A DNA stretch of 42,258 nucleotides from a virus (lineage: Duplodnaviria; Caudoviricetes): positions 1-42,258 of IMG/VR virus record IMGVR_UViG_3300048891_000046; one strand, 5' to 3'. A program made the position numbers and the translations under genes. A model generated the notes under the pieces. The model saw nothing but the letters and a program-made list of their open reading frames with translations, ran no database searches and was not told the origin of the DNA. Positions 24,237-33,345 of this stretch are shown in pieces. The stretch's first letter is position 1; every line of letters begins with the position of its first letter.

Positions 24237-25346
24237 TTGGCAGACATGAACGTAACCCCCGCCAGACAAGGGCTAACTCCCCTCATCTGGGACAGCGATT
24301 TTTTCACCGAATACGTCCGCAAAAACCAGTTCGCCCGCTACATGGGCACGACCATGGGCGCGATGATTCAGGTCCGCGAGGATCTGACGCGCAAGGCCGG
24401 CGACACCGTCGTATTTCCGACCGTCCGCCGCCTGATCGGCGCCGGGGTCACGGGCAACGCGATCCTTGAGGGCAACGAGGAAATCCTCAACGCCCGCTCG
24501 CTGAACCTGACCGTCAGCGCGTTCAGGCACGCGGTCGCCGTCTCGGACTGGGACGAGCAGAAATCCGTCATCGATCTCCGCGAGGCCGCCAGGGAAGCCC
24601 TGATGGTCTGGGAACTGGAGAAGATGCGGAACGACATCATCACCAGCCTTGAGGCGATCACCGCCGATGGCAACGTGCAGGTCTCGTATGCCGCCGCCAC
24701 AGCCGCGCAGCGCAACGCCTGGATGGTCAACAACGCCGACCGCGTGCTGTTCGGCGCCTCCAAGATCAACGCCGTCTCGGGCGTCATGGCGACCGCGCTG
24801 CTGACGGTGGACAACACCGCCGACAAGATGACCGCCGCCACGGTCACGCTGGCCAAGCGCATCGCCCGCACCGCCAGCCCGCGCATCCGCCCCATCAGCG
24901 TGAACGACGACGAGGAATGGTTCGTGATGTTCATGCCGAGCCTGCCGTTCCGCGACCTGATGCAAGACCCGGTCATCATCAACACGTTGCAATACGCGTG
25001 GGATCGCGGGCGCGACAATCCTTTGTTCACAGCAGGGGACATCATCTACAACGGCGTCATCATCCGCGAAGTCCCCGAGATGCCGATCATCGCGGGCGCC
25101 GGTGCCGGCGGCATCGACGTGGCCGCTTCGGTGCTGTGCGGCGCGCAGGCGTTGGGCGTCGCCTGGGCGCAACGGATGAAGTCAACGACGAACACGCGTG
25201 ACTACGGCTACATGCACGGCGTCGGCATCCAGGAAATGCGCGGCATTGGGAAGTTGCGCTTCGGCACCGACCCGACCGTTGACACAACAAAACCAGTTGA
25301 TGCCGGTATCGTAACGGTCTACACGGCCGCCGTCGCCGATGCCTGA
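24237..25346 (+). CDS. Major capsid protein (DUF4043/N4-gp56-like)
   Basis: TTG start after AGGAA; EDLTRKAGDTV, LEGNEE, RHAV, DLREAAREAL, NPLFTAG...YNGVIIRE, LCGAQA. Confidence 0.9.
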   Translation: MADMNVTPARQGLTPLIWDSDFFTEYVRKNQFARYMGTTMGAMIQVREDLTRKAGDTVVFPTVRRLIGAGVTGNAILEGNEEILNARSLNLTVSAFRHAVAVSDWDEQKSVIDLREAAREALMVWELEKMRNDIITSLEAITADGNVQVSYAAATAAQRNAWMVNNADRVLFGASKINAVSGVMATALLTVDNTADKMTAATVTLAKRIARTASPRIRPISVNDDEEWFVMFMPSLPFRDLMQDPVIINTLQYAWDRGRDNPLFTAGDIIYNGVIIREVPEMPIIAGAGAGGIDVAASVLCGAQALGVAWAQRMKSTTNTRDYGYMHGVGIQEMRGIGKLRFGTDPTVDTTKPVDAGIVTVYTAAVADA

Positions 25347-25648
25347 TGCCCGAGTCCGTTTCCGGCTGGATGCGGGCGAACCTCGGCCTCGCGGTCACGC
25401 TGATGGCGCTCGTCGGCACGGTGGCCGGCGGCGTCGTGGCCGCGACCGCGTGGCTGGCGAGCGTCACGCACCTCGAAAAGCGTGTCGATGTGCTGCGGGC
25501 CGAGGTGAACGTGATCCGCGCGACGATGGAGACGAACCGCGGGATCGTGAGCGATATCCGGCGGCAACTCGACGCCACCGACGCCTCGCTCAAGGAGGGA
25601 CTCGGCCGCGTTGACGAGCGGCTCAAGGCCACCGAACGCCACCAATGA
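25346..25648 (+). CDS. TM + coiled-coil protein (holin candidate)
   Basis: One N-terminal TM helix followed by heptads. Confidence 0.5.
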   Translation: MPESVSGWMRANLGLAVTLMALVGTVAGGVVAATAWLASVTHLEKRVDVLRAEVNVIRATMETNRGIVSDIRRQLDATDASLKEGLGRVDERLKATERHQ

Positions 25649-25663
25649 TCAGGAGTTTTCGAC

Positions 25664-26137
25664 ATGGCAACCAAACCACACGACGACGAACACGAGACGC
25701 GGACTTCGACCACGGGCGGCGCCGCGTCCCAGCCGAAAGCCGACAAGGCACCCGTGGCCGCGTCCGTGGCGACCACGCGCACCCCGGAGCAGCGTGAGGC
25801 GATGGCGGCCGCCACGATCGGCGCGCAGGTGATCCTCGACTACAACGGCGACGGCTCGATCGGCGCGCGTGGCGGGGCGGGTGCGACGATCGAGGAAAAC
25901 ACCGCCGCCCGCGACGCGCACCTGATCTCTCTCGGGTTGGACCCGAATGCTCCGTCAGGCCCGCCCACCGGCGTGCCGTGGGAGCCGCCGGCCGCCCTCG
26001 CGGCGAGGGAAGCGCCGCCCGTGCCGGCCAAGGCCACGCGCATCTCCAGCCTCGCGGCGGGTCTTCTGGATGAGCCCGGCGACCTCCCCGATCCGCCGCC
26101 TCCGGAGACGCTCAGCGGGTCCGCGGCGCGGCGGTGA
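25664..26137 (+). CDS. Hypothetical protein
   Basis: AGGAG RBS; low complexity. Confidence 0.65.
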   Translation: MATKPHDDEHETRTSTTGGAASQPKADKAPVAASVATTRTPEQREAMAAATIGAQVILDYNGDGSIGARGGAGATIEENTAARDAHLISLGLDPNAPSGPPTGVPWEPPAALAAREAPPVPAKATRISSLAAGLLDEPGDLPDPPPPETLSGSAARR

Positions 26138-26140
26138 TGC

Positions 26141-27178
26141 GTGTCGGGCTGGTGGAACAAGCTGATGGCGGGGTTCTCGGGCGCCGACAACGCGTCCGCC
26201 CGCAACACGCTGTTCCCGCCCGACGACCCTTCGCAAATCTGGCGTTCCGACAACCCGGTGGGAACTGAGACGGTGCAAAGCCTCGGGATGCCGCAGCCAA
26301 CGGTCTACGCCGGCCCGGTCGGGCAGTTCGTCGATCCGAACACCGGGCAACTGACGACGCAGGGTCAGGCCCGGATGGACAATCCCATGATGGGTTTCGA
26401 CACCGGCGGCATCGGCGGCGTGCTGAAGGGGTTTCACGGTTCGCCGCACGCCTTCGACCGTTTCAGCAACGAGGCGATCGGCACTGGCGAGGGCGCGCAG
26501 GCGTATGGGTATGGGCACTATCTGGCGGACAGCGAGGGCGTGGCGCGGAATTACCGGGATAAACTGGCGCCTGCTGTTCCGGTCGTGAGATCTGATTACG
26601 GCTTGTCACCGTCCGCCACAGATTGGGTAAATAATCTGTTCAAAGGCGGTCAACATACGGCGGATGACATTATAGACCTTGCGAAGAAAGCGCAGATTAA
26701 TGGCGCCGATACTCCCGCGTTCGCCAATGCCGTGCGGGGCGCGGAGATTTTCGCCAGACCAACCGGCCATATGTACGAGGTCAACGTCAACGCCGAGCCG
26801 GAGCATTTCCTGGATTGGGACAAGTCGTTGAGCGAGCAGCATCCAAAGGTTATTGAGGCCCTGAATAAAACGCCGTATCCGCCGCCCGACATGCGGATGC
26901 CGGTCAAACAATACCTGGCGGAACTTGAAACCAACAGGGAAATGGCGACCAGGGAGGGCGATCCGGCGGCGCTCGCGGCCCAGACGCTCCACCAGGCGGG
27001 AATCCCCGGCATCCGCTACCTCGACGCGGGCAGTCGCGGCAAGGGCGAGGGCAGCCGGAATACGGTCGTGTTCGATCCGACCTCGATGGAAGTCATCCGC
27101 CGCTACGGCCTCGCGGGCCTGATGGCGGGCGGCGGCGCGGCGGCGCTCGGCGGGCAAGGCGGAGGCACGGAGCAATGA
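26141..27178 (+). CDS. ADP-ribosyltransferase-like (polyvalent-protein type) domain protein
   Basis: FHGSPHAFDRF...GTGEGAQAYGYGHYLAD...MYEVNV...GIPGIRY...NTVVFDP. Confidence 0.65.
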   Translation: MSGWWNKLMAGFSGADNASARNTLFPPDDPSQIWRSDNPVGTETVQSLGMPQPTVYAGPVGQFVDPNTGQLTTQGQARMDNPMMGFDTGGIGGVLKGFHGSPHAFDRFSNEAIGTGEGAQAYGYGHYLADSEGVARNYRDKLAPAVPVVRSDYGLSPSATDWVNNLFKGGQHTADDIIDLAKKAQINGADTPAFANAVRGAEIFARPTGHMYEVNVNAEPEHFLDWDKSLSEQHPKVIEALNKTPYPPPDMRMPVKQYLAELETNREMATREGDPAALAAQTLHQAGIPGIRYLDAGSRGKGEGSRNTVVFDPTSMEVIRRYGLAGLMAGGGAAALGGQGGGTEQ

Positions 27179-27819
27179 CCGTCCCGGTCGCCACGCTCGC
27201 GCAACAGGCGCTGCGGCTGCTCGGCGTGCGGGTGGTGCCGCTCGACGACAGCCCGACGCTCACCGAGATGGTCCCCGTCGCGACGATCGCGACGATGGCG
27301 CTCGTGGAACTGGGAGTGGTTGCCTCGGATGAAACGCCAATCCCGTCCGACCAGGCGCTCGCGCTCGACAAGGTGGCCTCGGTGCACGCCGCGCTCGACG
27401 CCGAGGGCGTGGTGTGGTGGTCCGGCGACGCCGTGCCGCGCGCCTTCGTCGAGGAATACACGAAATTAACCGCGTCGCAGGCGTCGAGCAGCTTCGGCAA
27501 GTCCGCTGATCCGGCGATCGTCGCGATGCTGGAGGCGCGCGTTCGCAAGGGCGCCATGGTGCTGAGCGCCGACGACAACGCCACGCAGGCGGTCATGGGC
27601 GTGCATCAGGATCTGGTGATGCGCGGCATCGCCCGGTGGTCGAGCCAGGACATCCCCGACGCGGTGGGCAAATCGTACGTGGTGCTCGCCGCCGACGATC
27701 TCGCGCCGCTGTTCAATGTGAAGACGGACCCGAGGGACGCGGCGCAGGCGATGATCGCGATCTTTCGTTACGTGGCGCTGCCGACCAGCGGCGAACGCGT
27801 CGTGGCGGATTATTTCTGA
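27175..27819 (+). CDS. Head-to-tail adaptor (P22 gp4-like), internally duplicated
   Basis: ALRLLGV and ALVELGV N-terminal motifs; position; C-terminal DYF. Confidence 0.6.
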   Translation: MTVPVATLAQQALRLLGVRVVPLDDSPTLTEMVPVATIATMALVELGVVASDETPIPSDQALALDKVASVHAALDAEGVVWWSGDAVPRAFVEEYTKLTASQASSSFGKSADPAIVAMLEARVRKGAMVLSADDNATQAVMGVHQDLVMRGIARWSSQDIPDAVGKSYVVLAADDLAPLFNVKTDPRDAAQAMIAIFRYVALPTSGERVVADYF

Positions 27820-29540
27820 TGGCCTATCGCCTGACGTTTTCCGATTACCCCGGAACCGCGACGGGTCCGCCCGATCCGATCCGTTGGGTCGGACCACCTG
27901 GACCAAAAGGCGAAAAGGGCGATAAAGGCGATCAAGGAATCCCCGGCGCCGCGCAAGGCATCGGCGAGGCGCCGCTCGACGGCGTGACGTACGGGCGGCG
28001 CGGGTCAGCGGCGACATGGTATGGCGTGCTGCCGCTGACCGGTGGGACCGTCAGCGGCACGCTGGGGGTGACCGGGTCGATCACCAACGGCACGGGACCG
28101 CTGACCATCCAGCCGGACGTGCTGGGCACCACGCAACTCGGCGGCCGCATCCAGCACGTCAACCCGTCGAACGCGACGCACTACATCACGTCCAACAACA
28201 TCGCCTCGCACACCGACCCCTGGATGGTCAGTTTCATCTGGGTCGGCAACAGCGGCGGCGCGGGCACACCGCTCACCGGCATCAGCGCCGTCAACAACTA
28301 CCTGATCAACGATGTCGTCAGCATCAACGGCAACGTGCAAGGGTTGTCCGTTACGCACAACATCGCGCCGAACGGCAACACGGCGAGCGGATCGCGTTCG
28401 GCGTTCACCGCCTCGCTGATCCAACTCGGCTCCAGCCAGGGCGGTACGATCACCGGCTCCGGTATTTCCTCCGGCGGCGTGGTCAACGCATGGGGCCGGT
28501 CCAATCTCGGCGGCATCAGTACGCTCTATACCGGCGCGCTGAACGGGCTCAACGCCGTGGCGAAGCTGCAGAACGGCGCCACGTACGTGCTCGGGAGCAG
28601 CGGCTTTGAGATCGACACGTCAGCCGAAACCGGGTCGAGTTACACCGCGATCACGCAGCAACTCAATGTCGTTTTGGGCACGCATCAGGTGCGCGGCTAC
28701 CTCAACGAGAACATCAGCCAGTTGATCGCCGCCCAGGCGGGGGCGGTCGCGGACCTGATGTATGGCACGCGCTTCATCGACCAGAGCGCCGCCAATCCGT
28801 TCGATCCGAAGGCGAAACTGATCTATGTCGGGCGCGATAACGCCGCCGCCGTCGCCACCGTCGCGTCCAATCTCGATCACGGCAACACCACGGTCGGCGC
28901 GTTTCACTCCCGCGCTCCTTATTCGCAGACCGTGCCGTTGCAGGCGAACGGGATCACCGGGGCGACAAGGCTGACCAGCGACGGTCTGGCGGCGTCCTCG
29001 TTCATCTACGAGGCGATCAAGACCGCCCCCGGCGGCGGCTACACGTCCAATCCGACCGTCACCGTCACGGGCGGCGCGGGCGCGGTCGTCAACGCCATCC
29101 AGGGCCAGGGCAACGTCGTGGCCAAGGTCGGCGTGTTCAACCCCGGCACGGGCGTCCCGGCGGAGGCCACGGCGGCGGTGTCGGGCGCGGGGACCGGGGC
29201 GACCGTCGCGCTGGTCATGGCCGGCAACACGCTCAACTTCGGCATCAACAGTGCCATCCATTGCGAGGCGCGGATCGTCATGCGCTCGACCACCGGCGAG
29301 GCGATCTGCTGGTCCTGCGAGTTCGGCGCGCGGATGGGCGCGACGGCGTCTACGACGGCGATCATCGGTGCCCCGGCCTGGACGCAGGTGTGGGCCACGG
29401 CGGGCGCGGCGGCGGCGATCAGCATCTCCGCCCCGGCAGCCGACACGACGCTGGGGGCGATCAACATCACGGTCACGCCGTCATCGCTGACGTGGTCGGG
29501 TGGCGGTCAGGTCCGCGTGACCAAATCGAGCCGGGTATGA
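27819..29540 (+). CDS. Tail fibre-like protein 1 with short collagen-like repeat
   Basis: GPPGPKGEKGDKGDQGIPG; EAPLDGVTYGR; Gly/Thr/Ala-rich. Confidence 0.7.
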   Translation: MAYRLTFSDYPGTATGPPDPIRWVGPPGPKGEKGDKGDQGIPGAAQGIGEAPLDGVTYGRRGSAATWYGVLPLTGGTVSGTLGVTGSITNGTGPLTIQPDVLGTTQLGGRIQHVNPSNATHYITSNNIASHTDPWMVSFIWVGNSGGAGTPLTGISAVNNYLINDVVSINGNVQGLSVTHNIAPNGNTASGSRSAFTASLIQLGSSQGGTITGSGISSGGVVNAWGRSNLGGISTLYTGALNGLNAVAKLQNGATYVLGSSGFEIDTSAETGSSYTAITQQLNVVLGTHQVRGYLNENISQLIAAQAGAVADLMYGTRFIDQSAANPFDPKAKLIYVGRDNAAAVATVASNLDHGNTTVGAFHSRAPYSQTVPLQANGITGATRLTSDGLAASSFIYEAIKTAPGGGYTSNPTVTVTGGAGAVVNAIQGQGNVVAKVGVFNPGTGVPAEATAAVSGAGTGATVALVMAGNTLNFGINSAIHCEARIVMRSTTGEAICWSCEFGARMGATASTTAIIGAPAWTQVWATAGAAAAISISAPAADTTLGAINITVTPSSLTWSGGGQVRVTKSSRV

Positions 29541-29767
29541 GCATGGACGACGACGTGAAGACATGGACGGCCGGCGAGACCGATCAGGAACACATGACGG
29601 ACCCTGTTGATTACGATCCCGACATCCTCGCCCGTGAGGCCCGCGCGCCGCAACAGCCGCCGCCCGAGTTCGAGGCGTTACAGCAAATGCTGAACGACGC
29701 GATCAACCGCGAAATCGTGCTGCGCGCCGAGATCGTGCGGCTGCGGCGGATGCTGCCGGGCGCATGA
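29537..29767 (+). CDS. Hypothetical protein
   Basis: Coupled ORF with C-terminal coiled coil. Confidence 0.55.
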   Translation: MSMDDDVKTWTAGETDQEHMTDPVDYDPDILAREARAPQQPPPEFEALQQMLNDAINREIVLRAEIVRLRRMLPGA

Positions 29768-30342
29768 CCACTCTCGCCCTCACCCTGCCGCTCGACCGCG
29801 TCTCGCCGGTGCGCGTGCCGATCCGCGACCTGGCCCTCGGCGGCACCGACAGCGTGACGCTGCTCGTCTCCGTCGTCGATCGCGACAGTCCGGACGCGCT
29901 GCCGATCGAACTGACGGGCGGCATCGGCGGCCCGGCCGTCAGCATGTTCGTCTGGCCGGACGGGTCACGGCGCGGCCATGGCGGCTGGGACGGTTGGGGC
30001 GGCTGCCAGGATTACGGCTGGGGTTGGTACGGTGGCGGCGTCGCCGGGCCGGCCACGACGCTCTGGACGGGCGTCGGCACGATCGTTGACGCCACGACCG
30101 GCACGTTCGCCATCGTCGTCCCGGCCGGGACCATGGGCGGCTGGCCGCGGCGCTGCCGCTGGGCGGTGTTCTTCGACGCGGAGGGCGGCGGCGAGGCCGA
30201 GTTGCTCGCCGAGGGACACCTGCACGTCCGCCCGATGGTGTCGCGCGCGATCACGCCGACGATCATGCTGACGGACAGCAACCCGGCGGTGCTCACCGAT
30301 CCGGACGCCGAGGCCATTTTCCTCGATGGAGCGCCGGGATGA
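29764..30342 (+). CDS. Putative tail structural protein
   Basis: Beta-rich ORF coupled within the tail module. Confidence 0.6.
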   Translation: MTTLALTLPLDRVSPVRVPIRDLALGGTDSVTLLVSVVDRDSPDALPIELTGGIGGPAVSMFVWPDGSRRGHGGWDGWGGCQDYGWGWYGGGVAGPATTLWTGVGTIVDATTGTFAIVVPAGTMGGWPRRCRWAVFFDAEGGGEAELLAEGHLHVRPMVSRAITPTIMLTDSNPAVLTDPDAEAIFLDGAPG

Positions 30343-32714
30343 ACAATATCTTCCGGCGCAAACCCGTTCTTCAACGGGCACCCAGAAGCACGACGGTTCC
30401 CGCCACCGGCGGCGTGCGGATCGGTGACATGCCCGACCTCGGCACGGTCACCGACTCAGCCTCGTTCGTGGGTGAACTGGCCGGTTCGGGCCGGTTCTCC
30501 GCCCTGGCGCTGCGGAGTTATGTCGGTGGCGGGGGCTCCGGTGCCCCAGGCATCCCCGAGGCGCCGACGGATGGGCGTATCTACGGACGACAGGGGGCCT
30601 CGGCTTCGTGGCAGGGCGCGTTGCCGCTCTCCGGCGGTGCTCTGACCGGACCGCTGAGTCTCGCCGCCGATCCCGCCTCGCCGCTTCAGGCCGTCACGAA
30701 GCAATATGCCGACGCGATTTCCGGCACCGGCAAGGTCACGCTAACCCAACCCGCCAACGCGGCGACCATCACCATCGCGGATCAAAAGACGCTGACGGTC
30801 AACACCACGATCACGCTGACCGGCACCGACGGAACGACACACACATTCCCGGCGACGAGCCAGAACATTCCTGGCCTCGCGGCATCGCAGACGTTTTCGG
30901 GAACAAACTTCTTCACAGGCACGACCCAGGTCGGCAACGGCACGGGCGCCCCGCTCCTTTTCATCGCGGGAGCCGCCGGGAATAATCGCGGCATTGCTTT
31001 GAGAACCGGCGCATCGACCCGCTGGCAACTAAACGCCACCAACAATGCCGAGTCGGGGAACAACGTCGGATCGAATTTCACGCTGTCGGCTTATACCGAT
31101 GCCGGGGTTTTCACTGGCCAATTGTTCACCGCGGTTCGCGCGTCCGGACCGTTCGGGCTTGGCGGTCCCTATATGAGCGGTGCCGCGCCGCGTGTGGTCT
31201 CCAGCAATCAGGCGACCATTTGCAATGGAAACGTCGGTGACTCGATCAACATCGATGATCGTCAACCGGTCTACCCACTCGCCGCCAATCCCATCACGAC
31301 CACGAGTGGTTCGGCCTCGGTAACAATCGCGTGGGCTGGCGCGAACCCCATCGTCCTGTCGCTGTCCAGCATCCTCATCGCGGGAGCAACCGCGGTCGGC
31401 GGTCTGACGATTTCGGGTTGGTATATCGTCCGCGCGTCGGACGCCAACGGGTTCACCATCACGGCGGCGAGCAACGCGACCAGTTCAGCGACGGGAGGCG
31501 GCTCCAGCGTCACGGTGCGGCCGGGCTTCGCGTCGTCCATGGTGAAGAATTACTACTCAGTTCGCGATGGTTCCGCCGGTTTTCATGTCGGCACGACCGA
31601 CATGTACAACTGCGATCCGGATTTCCTGCCGCTCGCCTCGGAACCGGGAAACTCCGGCTTTACCCAGCGGTGGTCTTTCGGTTGCTCACCGCGCGACGAC
31701 ACTGGCACCCTCGGGGGCGGATTGTGCGGCGAAGAATGGGATTTCATCAATCGGATGCACGACTGGGGATATTCCCCCGATCTCTACCGTGCGCCCAATC
31801 CGACGATCGGACTTTGGTACGGTCCGTGGCCCGTGGTTCATGGCGCGTTTACCGGCGGTGGGACGGCGACGAACTGGAACACGATGTTTTCCATATTCTC
31901 CAGCGATGGGAATGTGGGCGTCTACACTGGGTTTTCTTGCCAAAAGAACTCGTTGGTGGGCGTCGCGCGCGATCCCACGGGACACGGCGGCGTGGCGCTC
32001 GACCTGTTCGGTGCCTACACGACTCCGATAGCCAATAACGTCACGACCGTCAGCGGGTCTCCCACGGTCACGATTTACGTCGGTATCGGCTCCCCGGCGG
32101 TCAACTTTCCCGGGGCTTTGGCGCCCCATGCCAACGGGGACACTATCTACATCCCCGTCGCCTTTACCGTTCGCGGGGTGACATTCGCGCCTGGCTCTTA
32201 CACGGTGGCGAACGTCAACCAGGGCGCGGGGACGTTCACTATAACGGGGGTCGGAAACGCCACATCGAGCGGCCTGGTCACGGGCGGGACGTGGTTCTGG
32301 GACAATCTGGCGCCGTTCGCCCCGATGCAAATCTGGGGCGAGTGGACTCACGGGATTTACACACATCCGACCCTCTCGAAGATCAACGATGGACTGATCG
32401 TCAGAACCCAACCGGGTGTCGGCGTCGGCTGGGATGATGGCATCGGCATCGCCACCATCAATGGCGCCGAGGTCTCTCCCGGCAACGTCGATGTGGTGCT
32501 CACCGCCGCCGGGACGGGTTCGGTCAGGGCGGCATCGCCGCTACGCCTGAAGTCCTACACCGTGGCCACGCTCCCGGCCGCCAGCGCTGCTTATGAGGGC
32601 GCCATGGCCTATGTCACCGATGCGACCGCGCCGACATACAACGGCGCTCTGACGGGCGGGGGGGCCGTCAAGGTGCCGGTGTTCTGCGACGGCACGGCAT
32701 GGCGGGCGCATTGA
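30339..32714 (+). CDS. Tail fibre/receptor-binding protein 2
   Basis: LPLSGGALTGPLSLAADP...AVTKQYAD; C-terminal YTVATLP...VFCDGTAW. Confidence 0.8.
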   Translation: MNNIFRRKPVLQRAPRSTTVPATGGVRIGDMPDLGTVTDSASFVGELAGSGRFSALALRSYVGGGGSGAPGIPEAPTDGRIYGRQGASASWQGALPLSGGALTGPLSLAADPASPLQAVTKQYADAISGTGKVTLTQPANAATITIADQKTLTVNTTITLTGTDGTTHTFPATSQNIPGLAASQTFSGTNFFTGTTQVGNGTGAPLLFIAGAAGNNRGIALRTGASTRWQLNATNNAESGNNVGSNFTLSAYTDAGVFTGQLFTAVRASGPFGLGGPYMSGAAPRVVSSNQATICNGNVGDSINIDDRQPVYPLAANPITTTSGSASVTIAWAGANPIVLSLSSILIAGATAVGGLTISGWYIVRASDANGFTITAASNATSSATGGGSSVTVRPGFASSMVKNYYSVRDGSAGFHVGTTDMYNCDPDFLPLASEPGNSGFTQRWSFGCSPRDDTGTLGGGLCGEEWDFINRMHDWGYSPDLYRAPNPTIGLWYGPWPVVHGAFTGGGTATNWNTMFSIFSSDGNVGVYTGFSCQKNSLVGVARDPTGHGGVALDLFGAYTTPIANNVTTVSGSPTVTIYVGIGSPAVNFPGALAPHANGDTIYIPVAFTVRGVTFAPGSYTVANVNQGAGTFTITGVGNATSSGLVTGGTWFWDNLAPFAPMQIWGEWTHGIYTHPTLSKINDGLIVRTQPGVGVGWDDGIGIATINGAEVSPGNVDVVLTAAGTGSVRAASPLRLKSYTVATLPAASAAYEGAMAYVTDATAPTYNGALTGGGAVKVPVFCDGTAWRAH

Positions 32715-32739
32715 CCATGGGCGAAGGAGTTCCGGAATC

Positions 32740-33306
32740 ATGAAAGTGCTTTCCTGGTTGCTTTTGGCCGGTTTGCTGATCCCGCCCGCGCCGGCCCAGC
32801 AAGTCACCGGGCCATCCGCGGCCTACCGAAACTTCGGCGGCAACTACGCGGGGTCGTCAGGCAACGGTGCTGATCTAACAGAAGACATTCTGCCGACATG
32901 TAGTTTTACGATGCCGATCAACGCGATGCCAAACGTGGGTGATGTTTGGCAGGTCACGCTTGGCGGCAAATTCACCGGATCGACCGATACAAAAGCGGTT
33001 CGGTTAAGGGCTGGCACGACGACTGCTGGCCCTATCGTCTGGACGGCAAGCGCCGCCGCCGCGAGCAACACCGCCTGGGTCGTGGTCATCAAATACATGA
33101 AAACATCGTTCAACGCGCAAAACTTCCTCGCGCTGGCAAATATCGGATCAAGCGCCAATGCCTTCAGCGGGACGATTATAAACTCATCCAGCCTTCAAGA
33201 AACCATAGTGAATAACTTCGTGGTGACTGGGCAGAATTCGACCAATGCCGTCGCCAGTTCGATTACCTGTCAATACATGCAGACCGAATACTTCGGGGCG
33301 CAGTAA
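32740..33306 (+). CDS. Signal-peptide-containing beta-rich protein (lower GC)
   Basis: MKVLSWLLLAGLLIPPAPA signal; AAGGAG RBS; visibly more AT-rich codons. Confidence 0.7.
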   Translation: MKVLSWLLLAGLLIPPAPAQQVTGPSAAYRNFGGNYAGSSGNGADLTEDILPTCSFTMPINAMPNVGDVWQVTLGGKFTGSTDTKAVRLRAGTTTAGPIVWTASAAAASNTAWVVVIKYMKTSFNAQNFLALANIGSSANAFSGTIINSSSLQETIVNNFVVTGQNSTNAVASSITCQYMQTEYFGAQ

Positions 33307-33345
33307 GATGACGCGCGCCAGCGGCATCATCGAGGGGCCGGCCAG

